DNA of 64,000 nucleotides from Eledone cirrhosa (Eukaryota), in NCBI GenBank assembly GCA_964016885.1, contig OZ024740.1:18166001-18230000 (forward strand). Direction: 5' to 3'. The position numbers and the translations under genes are program-made. Below the pieces are notes generated by a model that did not search any database, was not told the origin of the DNA, and worked only from the letters and a program-made list of their open reading frames with translations. Shown here in pieces: positions 1 through 10,667 of this stretch (the stretch's first letter is position 1; each line of letters starts with the position of its first letter).

Positions 1-97
1 AACATCCTGATTTGCATTGACACACTGCCTTGCAATGTGGAACACCGCACGCCTCTGATCTTCCCGTCGCATATATGTATATATATATATATGTATG

Positions 98-149
98 GGC
101 TTTCCTGATGATTTCCTCAGAATGAAACACTTCTAGTCCTGTAGAAGCC
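98..149 (+). ncRNA. Type I hammerhead ribozyme motif, family B (short PLE-derived element)
   Basis: GGC(T)TTC-CTGATGA-tTTCctcaGAAt-GAAACAc-ttctagtc-cTGT-A-GAAGCC: canonical core, 3-bp stem II, stem III ACA/TGT (ACAG/CTGT in sister copies), GUA cleavage triplet, bulged stem I. Related copies at 11647-11828 and 14951-15156. Confidence 0.7.
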
Positions 150-159
150 AATTCTATGT

Positions 160-162
<3 letters not shown>

Positions 163-249
<87 letters not shown>

Positions 250-250
250 T
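163..250. repeat. (TA)n microsatellite; other long runs at ~805-868, 2062-2132, 2743-2788, 13532-13587, 18751-18830, 19651-19752, 23191-23305
   Basis: Directly visible dinucleotide runs. Confidence 0.98.
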
Positions 251-597
251 ATGTATATATCATCATCATTATCATCATCATCACCGTTTTACATCCATTC
301 TTCCACACTAGCATGGGTTAGACGGGTTGTCCTGTTGTGGGCACTGTTAGGTCGGGTGACCTTGTCTCATATATATTATATTCATATATATATAACCCAT
401 GCTAAACCCATGCTAGCATGGAAGATTGACGTTAAACGATGATGATGATGATGATGATGAACCAAAGTTTATATGGTTCGTTGATTATTCAACGAATACA
501 ATTTTACAATAGATTAGAAGCACTCAACAGATATTTATCTGGAGTATTTAATATTATTCAAAATATTAATAAATGAAAAATATTCTCATAATCAAAA

Positions 598-668
598 TAT
601 ATATTTTATTATACATATTTCAAAGGTACAATGGTGTTTAAGTACGTTTTCATCAGATAAAATATATA
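598..668 (-). ncRNA. Type I hammerhead ribozyme motif, family C (minus arm)
   Basis: Reverse complement of 691-761, with an intact GTAC/GTAC pairing in stem II. Confidence 0.75.
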
Positions 669-690
669 AAAGATTGGATATCCAATCTCT

Positions 691-761
691 TATATATTTT
701 ATCTGATGAAAACGCACTTAAACACCATTGTACCTTTGAAATATGTATAATAAAATATATA
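691..761 (+). ncRNA. Type I hammerhead ribozyme motif, family C (plus arm of palindrome)
   Basis: TATATATTTTAT-CTGATGA-AAAcGcAC(ttaaacaccatt)GTACcTTT-GAAA-TATGTA-TA-ATAAAATATATA: 12-bp stem I, stem II, short stem III. Confidence 0.75.
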
Positions 762-800
762 TTTTGATTATAAGAATATTTTTCATTTATTAATATTTTG

Positions 801-876
<76 letters not shown>

Positions 877-940
877 ATATACATTTACACACATATCAAT
901 ATAAACACATATATAAGCATGCAGATGTACTTACACACAC

Positions 941-1099
941 CTGTTTTCAAATGCGGGTAGGACCTATAGAGGTGGTTGATAGCTTCCGATACCTAGGTGA
1001 TCAGATTAGTAAGGGTGGGGGTGTTCCGAGGCCATAGTATCCAGAATAAGGACTCGCTGGAAGAAGTTTAGGGAGCTGCTTGCTCTGTTGACAAAGAAG
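941..1099 (+). mobile_element. RTE-clade LINE internal fragment
   Basis: Encodes IEVVDSFRYLGDQIS; 1023-1098 is nearly identical to the start of the RTE fragment at 11086. Confidence 0.8.
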
Positions 1100-1887
1100 T
1101 ACATTATATTCAAAAATTCTAACCATCCTAAAACTAAAAGCCCAGCTGAGGGTACAAATAAATTGTTACGGCTGTCACTGGTGGGGGGGGGGGAGTCACC
1201 AGTGGAGGGGACCGGGGCAACTGCCCCCTTTACCCCCCATTAAATTTAGTCCTGCACACACACACACATATATGTATATACATTAAACTTCAGTACTATT
1301 TCTGATTGCTAAATTCTACTCTTGACGCATTGATTAACACAAGTCTATGCATGTTATTTGAAGGGAATTTAGTTGCTGTTTCTAACATACATGGCAAACC
1401 AGATCATATTTCACCTTAAATCTCTTTCATGATTACTGACCTGAAGCAAAAGAAAAGTAATATTTTACATAATTCTAAGTTAATATTTTCATAGCAGTCA
1501 GTTAATATTTTCATATCAATAGACTAACACACCCGTCACACAACATTGAATACAACTTACTCAATACAAATGTCATTTACATAATACACAAATACAATAT
1601 ATTACTGAATAACAACACAAATATACCCAAATCATGTTATATTAGCATGAAAAATATACACACACACACATAATATATATATATGATATATAATACATAT
1701 ATATATATATTGATTGTCAGTGAAATATGTGCCACAGCTTTGTTAGTAAAGGACTTTTTAACATCTACACTGAACTTTACATTCTCTTTACATTCTTCCT
1801 CTACTGCGTCTTCCTTCTACTGGGATTTCTTGGCATGTATATATATATATACATATGAAAAACCACAGACCCTCCATCTCAACTCTA

Positions 1888-1923
1888 CTTTTGAAAAGCA
1901 GAAGAACTGCGAAACCGGTAAAG
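1888..1923 (+). ncRNA. Minimal type I hammerhead motif with U3-A8 core, family D
   Basis: CTT-TTGAAAA-GCAG(aagaa)CTGC-GAAA-CCGG-TA-AAG; palindromic ACCGGT stem III; followed by AATAAA and a short (TA) run. Confidence 0.6.
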
Positions 1924-2055
1924 GAACCAAATAAATATATATATTTAAAAAAAAAATAAGACTCCAGTTGCATTTTCGATTTCATCTTTTTTTCTTTATA
2001 CTTTCACTCGTGTAGGACACCTCGGTTATTTTTCATTTTGTAAAAAAACCCTCAC

Positions 2056-2131
<76 letters not shown>

Positions 2132-2134
<3 letters not shown>

Positions 2135-2736
2135 CATAGGTTAAGTTTAACGTTCTCGAAACTGAAAGTAGGTTTTCTGACAAGTGAATGTGTTTTTTTT
2201 TTTTTTTTACAATGAAATTTACGATACACTCTTTGTTTATTTACAACAGGTCTCTATAGTGATATGGTGTTAATTAGTATTGCGTGTGCGATTATTTTCT
2301 CTTATATATATATATGTGTGTCTGTATGTATATATATATGTGTGTTTGTATTATATATGTGTTTGTGTCATCATCATCGTTTAGATGTTTTTGTAATATC
2401 TTGCTAAAGTTGGCACCAACTATAAACAAATTAAGGCCGGGTCATAAGGGATTTGGGTAAAAACATCTAAACGATGATGATGACACAAACACATATATAA
2501 TACAAACACACATATATATATACATACAGACACACATATATATACACACATATACACACCCACATATATATAAGAGAAAATAATCACACACGCAATACTA
2601 ATTAACACCATATCACTATAGAGACCTGTTGTAAATAAACAAAGAGTGTATCGTAAATTTCATTGTAAAAAAACAAACAAACACATTCACTTGTCAGAAA
2701 ACCTACTTTCAGTTTCGAGGACGTTAAACTTAACCT

Positions 2737-2742
<6 letters not shown>
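2132..2742. repeat. Inverted duplication, arms ~2132-2391 and ~2459-2742, spacer ~67 bp, bounded by (TA)n on both sides
   Basis: ggcataggttaagtttaacg...gatgttttt recurs as its reverse complement aaaacatc...cgttaaacttaacctatgcc. Confidence 0.92.
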
Positions 2743-2788
<46 letters not shown>

Positions 2789-2791
<3 letters not shown>

Positions 2792-2962
2792 CAATTCCAT
2801 CCTGCCCGTCCCCTCAATCTATCTTATTTCACATTCTTTCTTCTGATGAAGGACTAGCGTCCGAAACGTTAAGACCATCTTCCTGCTATATCAAGCGTTA
2901 ACCTAATATATCCCTTCCATATACTGTACCGATTGTGTTGTTATTTCTGTTTACCTTTTACA
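2789..2962 (+). mobile_element. ~175-bp non-autonomous hammerhead-bearing element, family A, copy 1 (ribozyme 2839-2874)
   Basis: TCTT-CTGATGA-a-GGAC(tagc)GTCC-GAAACGTT-AAGA; homologous copies with similar ends at 12866-13040 (-) and 26279-26451 (+). Confidence 0.85.
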
Positions 2963-3031
2963 TACATATATATATATAGTGAAAGATTGAAGAATAACAT
3001 AGTCGGCTGTACAAAAAGGGGTTCTTTTTCA

Positions 3032-3144
3032 AGTATTAACAACTGTTTCATTGATCAGGTGAGTCTAAAGGCCGCTAATCACTCGAAGTTGCGTCACTCG
3101 ACCTTAAATACAGTGTTTACCTCTGATCAAATCACCGGAATACT
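3032..3144 (-). ncRNA. Hammerhead-like motif with very long stem II and CCGGUGA core, family E, at the 3' end of a PLE fragment
   Basis: Minus strand: AGTATT-CCGGTGA-tTTGATCAG...(~65 nt)...CTGATCAAt-GAAAC-agtt-GT-T-AATACT. Confidence 0.6.
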
Positions 3145-3273
3145 GGAGAATTTTACATATGGCATTGGTATATATAGAGATACAACGGAGAATCAAAACA
3201 ATAACATCAATAATAAAAGATAATGATAAAGAGGTAAAGAAGTTACAGATGTAAAAAATAAGTAAAAATATAT

Positions 3274-3460
3274 AATTGTTTCTACTTTTGGCACAAGGCC
3301 AGCAATTACCCAGTACATTACTGGTACTTTATTTTATCGACCCCATAAGGATGAAAGTCAAAGTTAACCTCGGCGGGATTTGAACTCAGACCATAAAGGG
3401 CCGTATCTCTTTGCTGTAAAGCATGGCATCCGACCCAACCCTCTTCTGATACTGCTAAAG
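3274..3460 (-). mobile_element. tRNA-derived SINE family 1 with Nin-like core; further copies at 13610-13795 (-), 56340-56478 (+, partial), 59092-59275 (-)
   Basis: B-box GAGTTCAAATCC followed by shared core ...CTTTCATCCTTATGGGGTCGATAAAATAAAGTACCAG and tail GGCCTTGTGCC-AAAGTAGAAAC. Confidence 0.8.
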
Positions 3461-3942
3461 TACAGAATACGATTGCTGATAATAGTGGTGGTAGTGAGTA
3501 AGTGTATGTATAAAGATGCGGGGAGGGTGGAGATAATACTAACATGAAAAGAAACATTAGATACGTGGAGGTCAAATCTCAGAGGTTTAGAAGTAGAGAA
3601 TAAAAAATAGTAACAAATGACAGATAAAAGATAAAAAATAATTAATTAAAAATTAAGTGAGAGGGGAAGAGATACAAGGATGAGACATAAGGGGTAGGGC
3701 TAAGGATGGGAAGGAGAGTTTTGATATATGTGTGAGTGGTAAATGTTTAGCATGCTGATTGTCTTATCTTAATGGGGTTGATGTGGATTTAGGGAGAGAG
3801 AGTGAAAGAAAGGTTAGGAGATTTATGATGTTGATCTAGTGACCAGTTGGTCAGTTGACAGCTAATAACAGTGGGGTGGTATGTAGTCAGTACATTAAAA
3901 TCCAGGTGGTTCTGCTTGAATTCTGAGATTGCTGGCTCGAAT

Positions 3943-4372
3943 CATGTTGGTTTGAAGTTTGTGAACTTGGTAGGTGTTTTGTGTCTACAGAAAATTGATC
4001 CTTCTATTTTGCTGTTAAGCAGCATTTTATAATACTTTAAAATATGGAACAGCTCCATATTGCAAAGTCCTCAGTGGGACATTCCATTGTTGTAGGCCCT
4101 TGCTTCCGATAATTTCGACCAGCTAATCCCATATTCCTGGTTTGTCTCCTTAAGCTGCCAGATTTTATTGGCCAGCGTTGTTGAGTTCCCTAGTCTACGG
4201 TTCTTCATAGATTGTCTGTGAACGTACCATCTTTTTTTGAATTCCCCAGCCGTGGAACCTATGTAGTGCCATGTTAAGTTGCTCGAATTTATAGTACACA
4301 AGTACACCATACTTGATTTCAGGCATCTATTTTGCAGTGGGCTCTTTTCCGGCAGGTGGCAGTTACAGTTAC
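3943..4372 (-). pseudogene. Penelope-like element 3' fragment, GIY-YIG endonuclease (decayed); AT-rich 3' region extends to ~2978
   Basis: CNCHLPEKSPLQNRCLKSSMVYLC...YIGSTAGEFKKRWYVH...IWQLK...W..LSEARAYN...*GLC..E...LLNSKIE...CRH, colinear with the endonuclease of 15623-17710; the first Cys of CxxC is a stop. Confidence 0.88.
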
Positions 4373-4769
4373 CTGTGTGCAGGTTCTCCGTTGCAGTTTT
4401 GTATGTTGTTATGGATGGGCTGAGATTTGGGCTTATTGATGTTTTGTTGTGATGCGCCCTGATGTGTGTGTAGTTGTGATGTTATGTGTTTGCTTTTGTA
4501 TTTGCTGCTATAGTGTATGTTGGTAGGTTATTTTCTTATACACCATACCAATTTTATCACAATTTTATCACAAAAACATTTTCTGTTCCCCAAAAGATAT
4601 TTTCTTGTCAAACCATTCATGTTTGTTCATTTTCCATTCAATTAACACATTACTATTAACTAATCCTTTTTTTTTTTTACACTATTTTGATCTGAAGAAG
4701 GGCAGTACCCATGGCCCTTTTTAACATCAAGAAATACATTATGACGGCACAGGACAAAAACATAGTTTG

Positions 4770-4873
4770 TGTTGATGTGTATATGTGTGTGTTGGTATGT
4801 GTTCGTGTGTATGTGTGTGTATGTGTGTGTTGGTATGTATGTGTGTGTTGGTGTGTATGTGTGTGTTGGTGTG
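4770..4873. repeat. TG/TTGG-rich minisatellite, continuing at 8027-8553 beyond the LTR element
   Basis: The same gtgtatgtgtgtgttggt-type repeat lies on both sides of the LTR element. Confidence 0.9.
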
Positions 4874-5067
4874 TGTTGTATTATTTTGTACCAAATCAAA
4901 GGTTTTTATTCAATCTAAGAATAATATAGAAAGAGTCAATAAGAGAAGAAATTAGCATGGGTTAACAATACAACAAACAAGAACAGAACGAATACAACGA
5001 ATAAGAATAAAAAGGAATCAAATCAAAGAGAAGAAAGTGATGCTATAAAACAAATCATATCATCACA
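4874..5067 (-). repeat. 3' LTR (194 bp), preceded by polypurine tract TAGAAGGAAAGAA (5068-5080)
   Basis: Minus strand TGTGATG...TACAACA; contains AATAAA; direct repeat of 7566-8026. Confidence 0.9.
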
Positions 5068-5084
5068 TTCTTTCCTTCTAGCGT

Positions 5085-5590
5085 TAATCGTTGTATCGCA
5101 TTGGCCTCACTACTAAGCGTCCTCGGCGTGTTCTTTGTTGTTGGGGTATGTTATTCGAGGTTAAGAATGTGTGAGAAGATTAATCGTCGTTGAATTCAGC
5201 ACTCTCTGTAGGATTGTTATCGGTGGTAGATGTCATACTTTCGTTCCCAACTGCCACAGGTGTAGATATTGCTGTTGGTTGAGTTAAATTGGTGCCTTTT
5301 GGGGAGTTATTATTCTGACACTCCGATGTTGTTGAATTTCCATTGTTTTGTGGTGATGCTGCTGGTGCGAGATTTGTAGTTGAGACTGTGTCTATTCTTC
5401 CACTATTAAATTGTACCTTGGCAAAGTGGGGTGAGATCGTCTCGATGAGTTGAACGTTTTCCGTGAGATCATCACCTTTATTACTTATGTGACCTCGATG
5501 TAGCACGATTGTGCCCGGTTTATTTAGAAACTCTGGTATTTCTGTGCCGTTGTTTGTCGATCTGGTGGTGTGGCATTTGTAGCAGTGCAA
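5085..5590 (-). pseudogene. Gypsy pol C-terminal (post-integrase) remnant
   Basis: PGTIVLHRGHISNKGDDLTENVQLIETISPHFAKVQFNSGRIDTVSTTNLAP, then an S/T/N-rich linker and a basic RRRL..RP.RY end just before the PPT. Confidence 0.75.
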
Positions 5591-6500
5591 AGCAATCCTT
5601 GGATAGAGGACAGAGTGATATAAGGTATACATGTTTGAGTCTGTGTGTGAGGTAAGGAATTAAAAGTACAATTATATACACATAATGATAATTGCAAAGG
5701 CCAGATGTAGAAATTCATAGCTCAATTTTAGTCAGAATCTGCCACAATACATATTTCTGTGGCATTCATAATCATGCAGCCACCAACATGAATTCATCAG
5801 ACAGCAACTTAGGTAGTAAGTTTGTTATATAACATTCCTATTTCAAAATAGGCTATAGATAAGGGGATGGGTGGATAGTATGATTCTCTGCAGCTCATTG
5901 ATTGCTATAAATAATAGCTTAGAAAATCATGTAAAATACCCCTATAGACAGAAAAAAGTGGTCAGTAGCTGCTATGAAGAATCAAACTCTGTATCTCTTG
6001 GAGCATGCTCAAGTAGATGTTCATAATTAGTATGCAAAAATAATGATAAAATGTATAAGAGGAATCTGATGTAGTACGTAAGAGAGTAGACAGTGCTGGT
6101 ATGAACAGGTTATACATATGAAAAATGATACTGTTTAAAGTTCAGAGAAATCTCAGTGGCTGGGACCAGTGGAAGGGAAGACTTAAGAATACATAGGATG
6201 AAGTAGTAGTGACAAAGGACTGTGTTGATTGGTAATATGTGGAACTAAAGAAGACCCATTTACCAGTATAAAACCAAAATGTCACACAAAAACAAGATGA
6301 TGTAGGAAAGACCAAAAGAGGGACACAAAATAAATTAGTCACTGAGGAGGTCCCAGAATGTGTGATGAAAGAACTTTGACAATAAATAAACAACCATTCA
6401 GTTATTAAACTAATCAACTGGAAATTTATAATAAATTGACGTGAAAACCAACAGGTGTATGTGCTTTTATTGGCACGGAAAACAACAATTTTATTCAATC

Positions 6501-7274
6501 ATGGATCCGAAAATATTCAAGAAAATTCTTCTGGATGATCCTAGTGAATCCAATTATGCCTACTGGAAAAGAATGTTGGCGATCTATTTGGAAAATTTGT
6601 CTGTTCCTGACGAAAGTAAGCTGTCAGTCCTTCTGGTTCTTTGCGGAGCCAATGCTTATACTCTCATTGAAGAAGCAACATCATTCGATGAGACGTTATC
6701 CATTCTTGATAATAAATTTCAAAAGAAAGGCTCAGCAATAATGACCCGACATAAACTACACAACCATCGTCAACAAGAAGGGCAATCATTGGAGGCCTAC
6801 ATGACTGAATTAAAAGCCCTCGCAAAGAAATGCCCCACTAAACCCCTATCAGGGGAACAACATAGACAATTGTTGATTTGTGATGCGTTCATGTCGGGTG
6901 TTCAATCCGCCACCATAAAACAACGACTTCTGGAATCACCTGACGAAAATCTAGATAAAATATTCCAAACCGCTCTCACATTAGAACTGGCAATAGAAGA
7001 CGCACAAAATCTGTCAACAACAACAATACCACCACCGTCACAACCCGTATTTGCTGCTTCTTCATCAAAATGTTTCTGGTGTGGTGGTTCATATCACCAA
7101 AAATCAGAGTGCCCTGCAAAAAATTCAACTTGCAATTTCTGCCACAAGAAAGGCCACTGGGCAGCAGTATGTTTTGTTAAAAATAAGAAGGTACTAAAGA
7201 AGATGATGAGAACGATGGCTCTCTTACAGTTGCTACAACACGCTGCTGCCGGCTCGTCTGGTGATACGAGCTAG
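6501..7274 (+). CDS. gag: Gypsy (Mag-like) Gag with two CCHC zinc knuckles, inverted relative to its LTRs
   Basis: RQQEGQSLEAYMTELKALAKKC; CFWCGGSYHQKSEC and CNFCHKKGHWAAVC both fit CX2CX4HX4C; ATG at 6501 directly follows an LTR-end/primer-site copy. Confidence 0.88.
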   Translation: MDPKIFKKILLDDPSESNYAYWKRMLAIYLENLSVPDESKLSVLLVLCGANAYTLIEEATSFDETLSILDNKFQKKGSAIMTRHKLHNHRQQEGQSLEAYMTELKALAKKCPTKPLSGEQHRQLLICDAFMSGVQSATIKQRLLESPDENLDKIFQTALTLELAIEDAQNLSTTTIPPPSQPVFAASSSKCFWCGGSYHQKSECPAKNSTCNFCHKKGHWAAVCFVKNKKVLKKMMRTMALLQLLQHAAAGSSGDTS

Positions 7275-7565
7275 CAAAGCAAAAGAAGACATTCAACGGA
7301 TTTACTATTACTCTTATTTACAATAACATACTTTCATCAACATATTTTAAAACCTTCTTAAGAAATTGTTATTATTAGTCTTTTTGGTGTGAACTTTTGT
7401 TTTGAGGAGTTTAGCTGAGGAGGACCATGTAAAGTAATGGAAAGTTCAAAGTGAGATTATGGGTTTCGGTATGGATCGTAATGCCCAACACCGTTGCTTA
7501 TTTAGATTGATGGAAAAATATGGGTGTACAGTTGCTGGTCACTTTACAAATAGATTGAATAAAAT

Positions 7566-8026
7566 TGTTGTATTATTTTGTACCAAATCAAAGGTTTTTA
7601 TTCAATCATTTTACGTCCGCTTTTTCCCTACTTGCAAGGGTGGGACGGGAACTGATTCTGGCTTGCTTTCTACAGCTGGATGCCCTTCCTAACACCAACT
7701 TCATTTACAGTGAGTGCCAGGTGCTTTTTTGCCGTGGCACCTCCACGAGCACTTTGCAGTACTCATTTCTACAGCTGAGTAAACTGGAGCAATGTGAAAT
7801 AAAGTGTCTTGCTCAAGGAAACAACACATCACCCGGTCTGAGAATTGAACTCACAACCTTTCGATTGCAAGGCCAATGCTCAAACCACTAAGCCATGTGC
7901 CTCCATTCTAAGAATAATATAGAAAGAGTCAATAAGAGAAGAAATTAGCATGGGTTAACAATACAACAAACAAGAACAACGAATACAACGAATAAGGATA
8001 AAAAGGAATCAAATCATATCATCACA
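7566..8026 (-). repeat. 5' LTR, interrupted by a SINE at 7608-7905 and lacking ~33 bp present in the 3' LTR
   Basis: 7566-7607 matches 4874-4915; 7909-8026 matches 4916-5067. Confidence 0.9.
7608..7905 (-). mobile_element. tRNA-derived SINE family 2 (V/Meta-like core, RTE-derived tail)
   Basis: A-box TGGCTTAGTGG, B-box GAGTTCAATTC, core CCTTGAGCAAGACACTT; tail matches the RTE 3' end at 11591-11630. Confidence 0.85.
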
Positions 8027-8687
8027 GTGTGTATATGTGTGTGTTGGTATGTATGTGTGTGTGTTGGTGTGTATGTGTGTGTTGGTGTGTATTTGTGTTG
8101 GGGTGTATGTGTGTGTTGGTGTGTATGTGTGCGTTGATGTGTATATGTGTGTGTTGGTGTTTATGTGTGTATGTGTGTGTATGTGTGTTTTTGTTGGTGT
8201 GTATGTGTGTGTGTTGGTGTGTATGTGTGTGTTTGTTGGTGTGTATGGGTGTGTGGTGGTGTGTATGTGTGTGTTTGTTGGTGTGTATGGGTGTGTGGTG
8301 GTGTGTATGTGTGTGTGTTGGTGTGTATGTGTGTGTGTTGGTGTGTATGTGTGTGTTGGTGAGTATGTGTATGTTGGTGTGTATGTTGGTGTGTGTGTGT
8401 ATGTTGGTGTGTATATATGTGTGTTGGTGTGTATGTGTGTATGTTGGTGTGTATGTGTGTGTATGTTGGTGTGTGTGTGTATGTTGGTATGCATGTGTGT
8501 GTATGTTGGTGTGTGTGTGTGTGTTTGTTGGTGTGTATGTGTGTGTTGGTGTGAGGGTTTTGCATGTAAACAAATTTCAGAATGATAAAAAATGAAGATA
8601 ACAATAAAAATTAAAAGAGGATTAATTAGGAGGATATGTTGAGAGGGGACCTGATCTCTAGAGTGAGGGACCTGTCTCACCTTCTCT

Positions 8688-8730
8688 GAAGAAGAAGAAG
8701 AAGAAGAAGAAGAAGAAGAAGAAGAAGAAG
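8688..8730. repeat. (GAA)n microsatellite
   Basis: Visible run. Confidence 0.97.
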
Positions 8731-8836
8731 ATAGTAGTTATGAATGTCTTAAGAAGCAATAGTAAGTCACAATAGAAAGAGAAGCAGTGAATGGAGTTAA
8801 AAACAGACCTGCTTTGGTGATATTCCTTGACAAACA

Positions 8837-9832
8837 ATACATACACACTCACTTACACACATACACACACACTTACACACATACACACTCACTTACACAC
8901 ATACACACTCACTTACACACATACACACACACTTACACACATACACACTCACTTACACACATACACACACACTCACTTACACACATACACGCACACTCAC
9001 TTACACACACACACACACACTCACTTACACACATACACACTCACATACACACTCACTTACACACATACACACACACTCACTTACACACATACACACTCAC
9101 ATACACACTCACATACACACTCACACTCATATACACACTCACTTACATACTCACATACATACTCACATACACACTCATATACACACTCACTTACACACAC
9201 ACACACACACTCACATACATACTCACATACACACTCACATACACACTCACATACATACTCACATACACACTCACATACATACTCACATATATACTCACAT
9301 ACACACACACATACACACTCACATATACACTCACATACATACTCACATACACACTCACATACACACACACATACACACTCACATATACACTCACATACAT
9401 ACTCACATACACACTCACATACACACTCACACACTCACATACACATAAACACATAAACACATACATAAACACTTATATCCACACATATCGACCCACGCAC
9501 ATAGACACATCAACACACATATACACGCACACACACACATATCCACACACATTCACACATATCAACAAATACATTAACACACCCATCTCCACACACACCC
9601 ATCTCCACACACACCCATCTCCACACACACACATCTCCACACACACCCATCTCCACATACACACACACACACACACATCTCCACACACACCCATCTCCAC
9701 ATACACACACACACATCTCCACACACACACATCTCCACACACACACCCATCTCCACATACACACACACACACACATCTCCACATACACACACACACACCC
9801 ATCTCCACACACACCCATCTCCACACACACCC
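8837..9832. repeat. CA-rich compound minisatellite (cacttacacacata, ctcacatacaca and catctccacac blocks)
   Basis: Three successive sub-arrays with different interrupting motifs. Confidence 0.93.
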
Positions 9833-10233
9833 AGTTCTCTCAGTAAACAATGTGACCAGTTGTAGTTTGACAGAAGAGAAGACGCACAAAAAAAAACAAA
9901 AAACAAAAATAAAACAAAAACAAATTAATAAAAATGATGACATTAAAAATATATAAATATAAAAGATTGTAAAAAAAAAAGCCCATTCCCATGGTAACTT
10001 CACCCCCCCCCCCACGCCCACTATATCTTCCTCTCCCCTATATCTACATCTTCTACCCCTACCCACCTCACTTGTCTACATTACCCCCCCCCCTTTATAT
10101 CCCTCCCCACCAACCCATTCTGCCCTTCAAAACCACCAGCACCATTAGTTGGGTAACATAATCAATGTACAATGTATATGTAACCAATTAAATATACATA
10201 AATAAATGTATATATAATAGAGGTTTCTCTCCG

Positions 10234-10267
<34 letters not shown>

Positions 10268-10268
<1 letters not shown>

Positions 10269-10667
10269 CATCATCATCATCATCATCATCAACATTTTAC
10301 GTCCGTTCTTCCACGCTAGCATGGGTTAGACGGGTTGTCCTGTTGCGGGCAGTGTCCGGTCGGCTGACCTTGTTTTGTTCACATGGGAACTGATTCTGGC
10401 TTGATTCTACAGCTGGATGCCCTTCCTAACACCAACCACATTTACAGTGAGTGCTGGGTGCATTTTTTCTGTGGCACCTCCACGACCACTTTGCAGTGGA
10501 ATGATAGGGACCCCAGTCCCTATCATCTCATTTCTACAGCTGAGTAAACTGGAGCAATGTGAAATAAAGTGTCTTGCTCAAGGAAACAACACATCACCCG
10601 GTCCGAGAATTGAACTCACAACCTTTCGATTGCAAGGCCAATGCTCTAACCACTAAGCCATGCGCCT
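10268..10667 (-). mobile_element. Full-length SINE family 2 with (GAT)n tail; partial copies at ~261-460, 26450-26715, 59440-59665
   Basis: Head and core near-identical to 7608-7905; 3' tail ...CTAACCCATGCTAGCGTGGAAGAACGGACGTAAAATG then (GAT)n. Confidence 0.88.

Larger units (their letters stand above)
551..808. repeat. 258-bp near-perfect palindrome with no spacer, carrying two inverted hammerheads
   Basis: Centre GGAT|ATCC at 679/680; arms 551-679 and 680-808 are reverse complements with about 3 mismatches. Confidence 0.95.
4874..8026 (-). mobile_element. Rearranged, internally deleted Gypsy-superfamily LTR retrotransposon
   Basis: Two LTRs with TG...CA ends on the minus strand, polypurine tract, integrase C-terminal remnant and gag; GTGTG on both flanks (possible TSD, but low complexity). 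Confidence 0.88.

Noticed and set aside
4692-4710. CTGAAGA-a-GGG(cagta)CCC half-hammerhead
   Set aside because: GAAA and stem III are missing; at best a deleted relic.
8009-10066. His/Thr- and Cys/Val-rich ORFs (also 23536-26202 and the YI-repeat ORFs)
   Set aside because: Translations of CA/TG, GGT and TA microsatellites.
10590-10667. tRNA gene
   Set aside because: A and B boxes belong to a SINE head that continues into core and LINE-derived tail; same for 7830-7905 and family 1.
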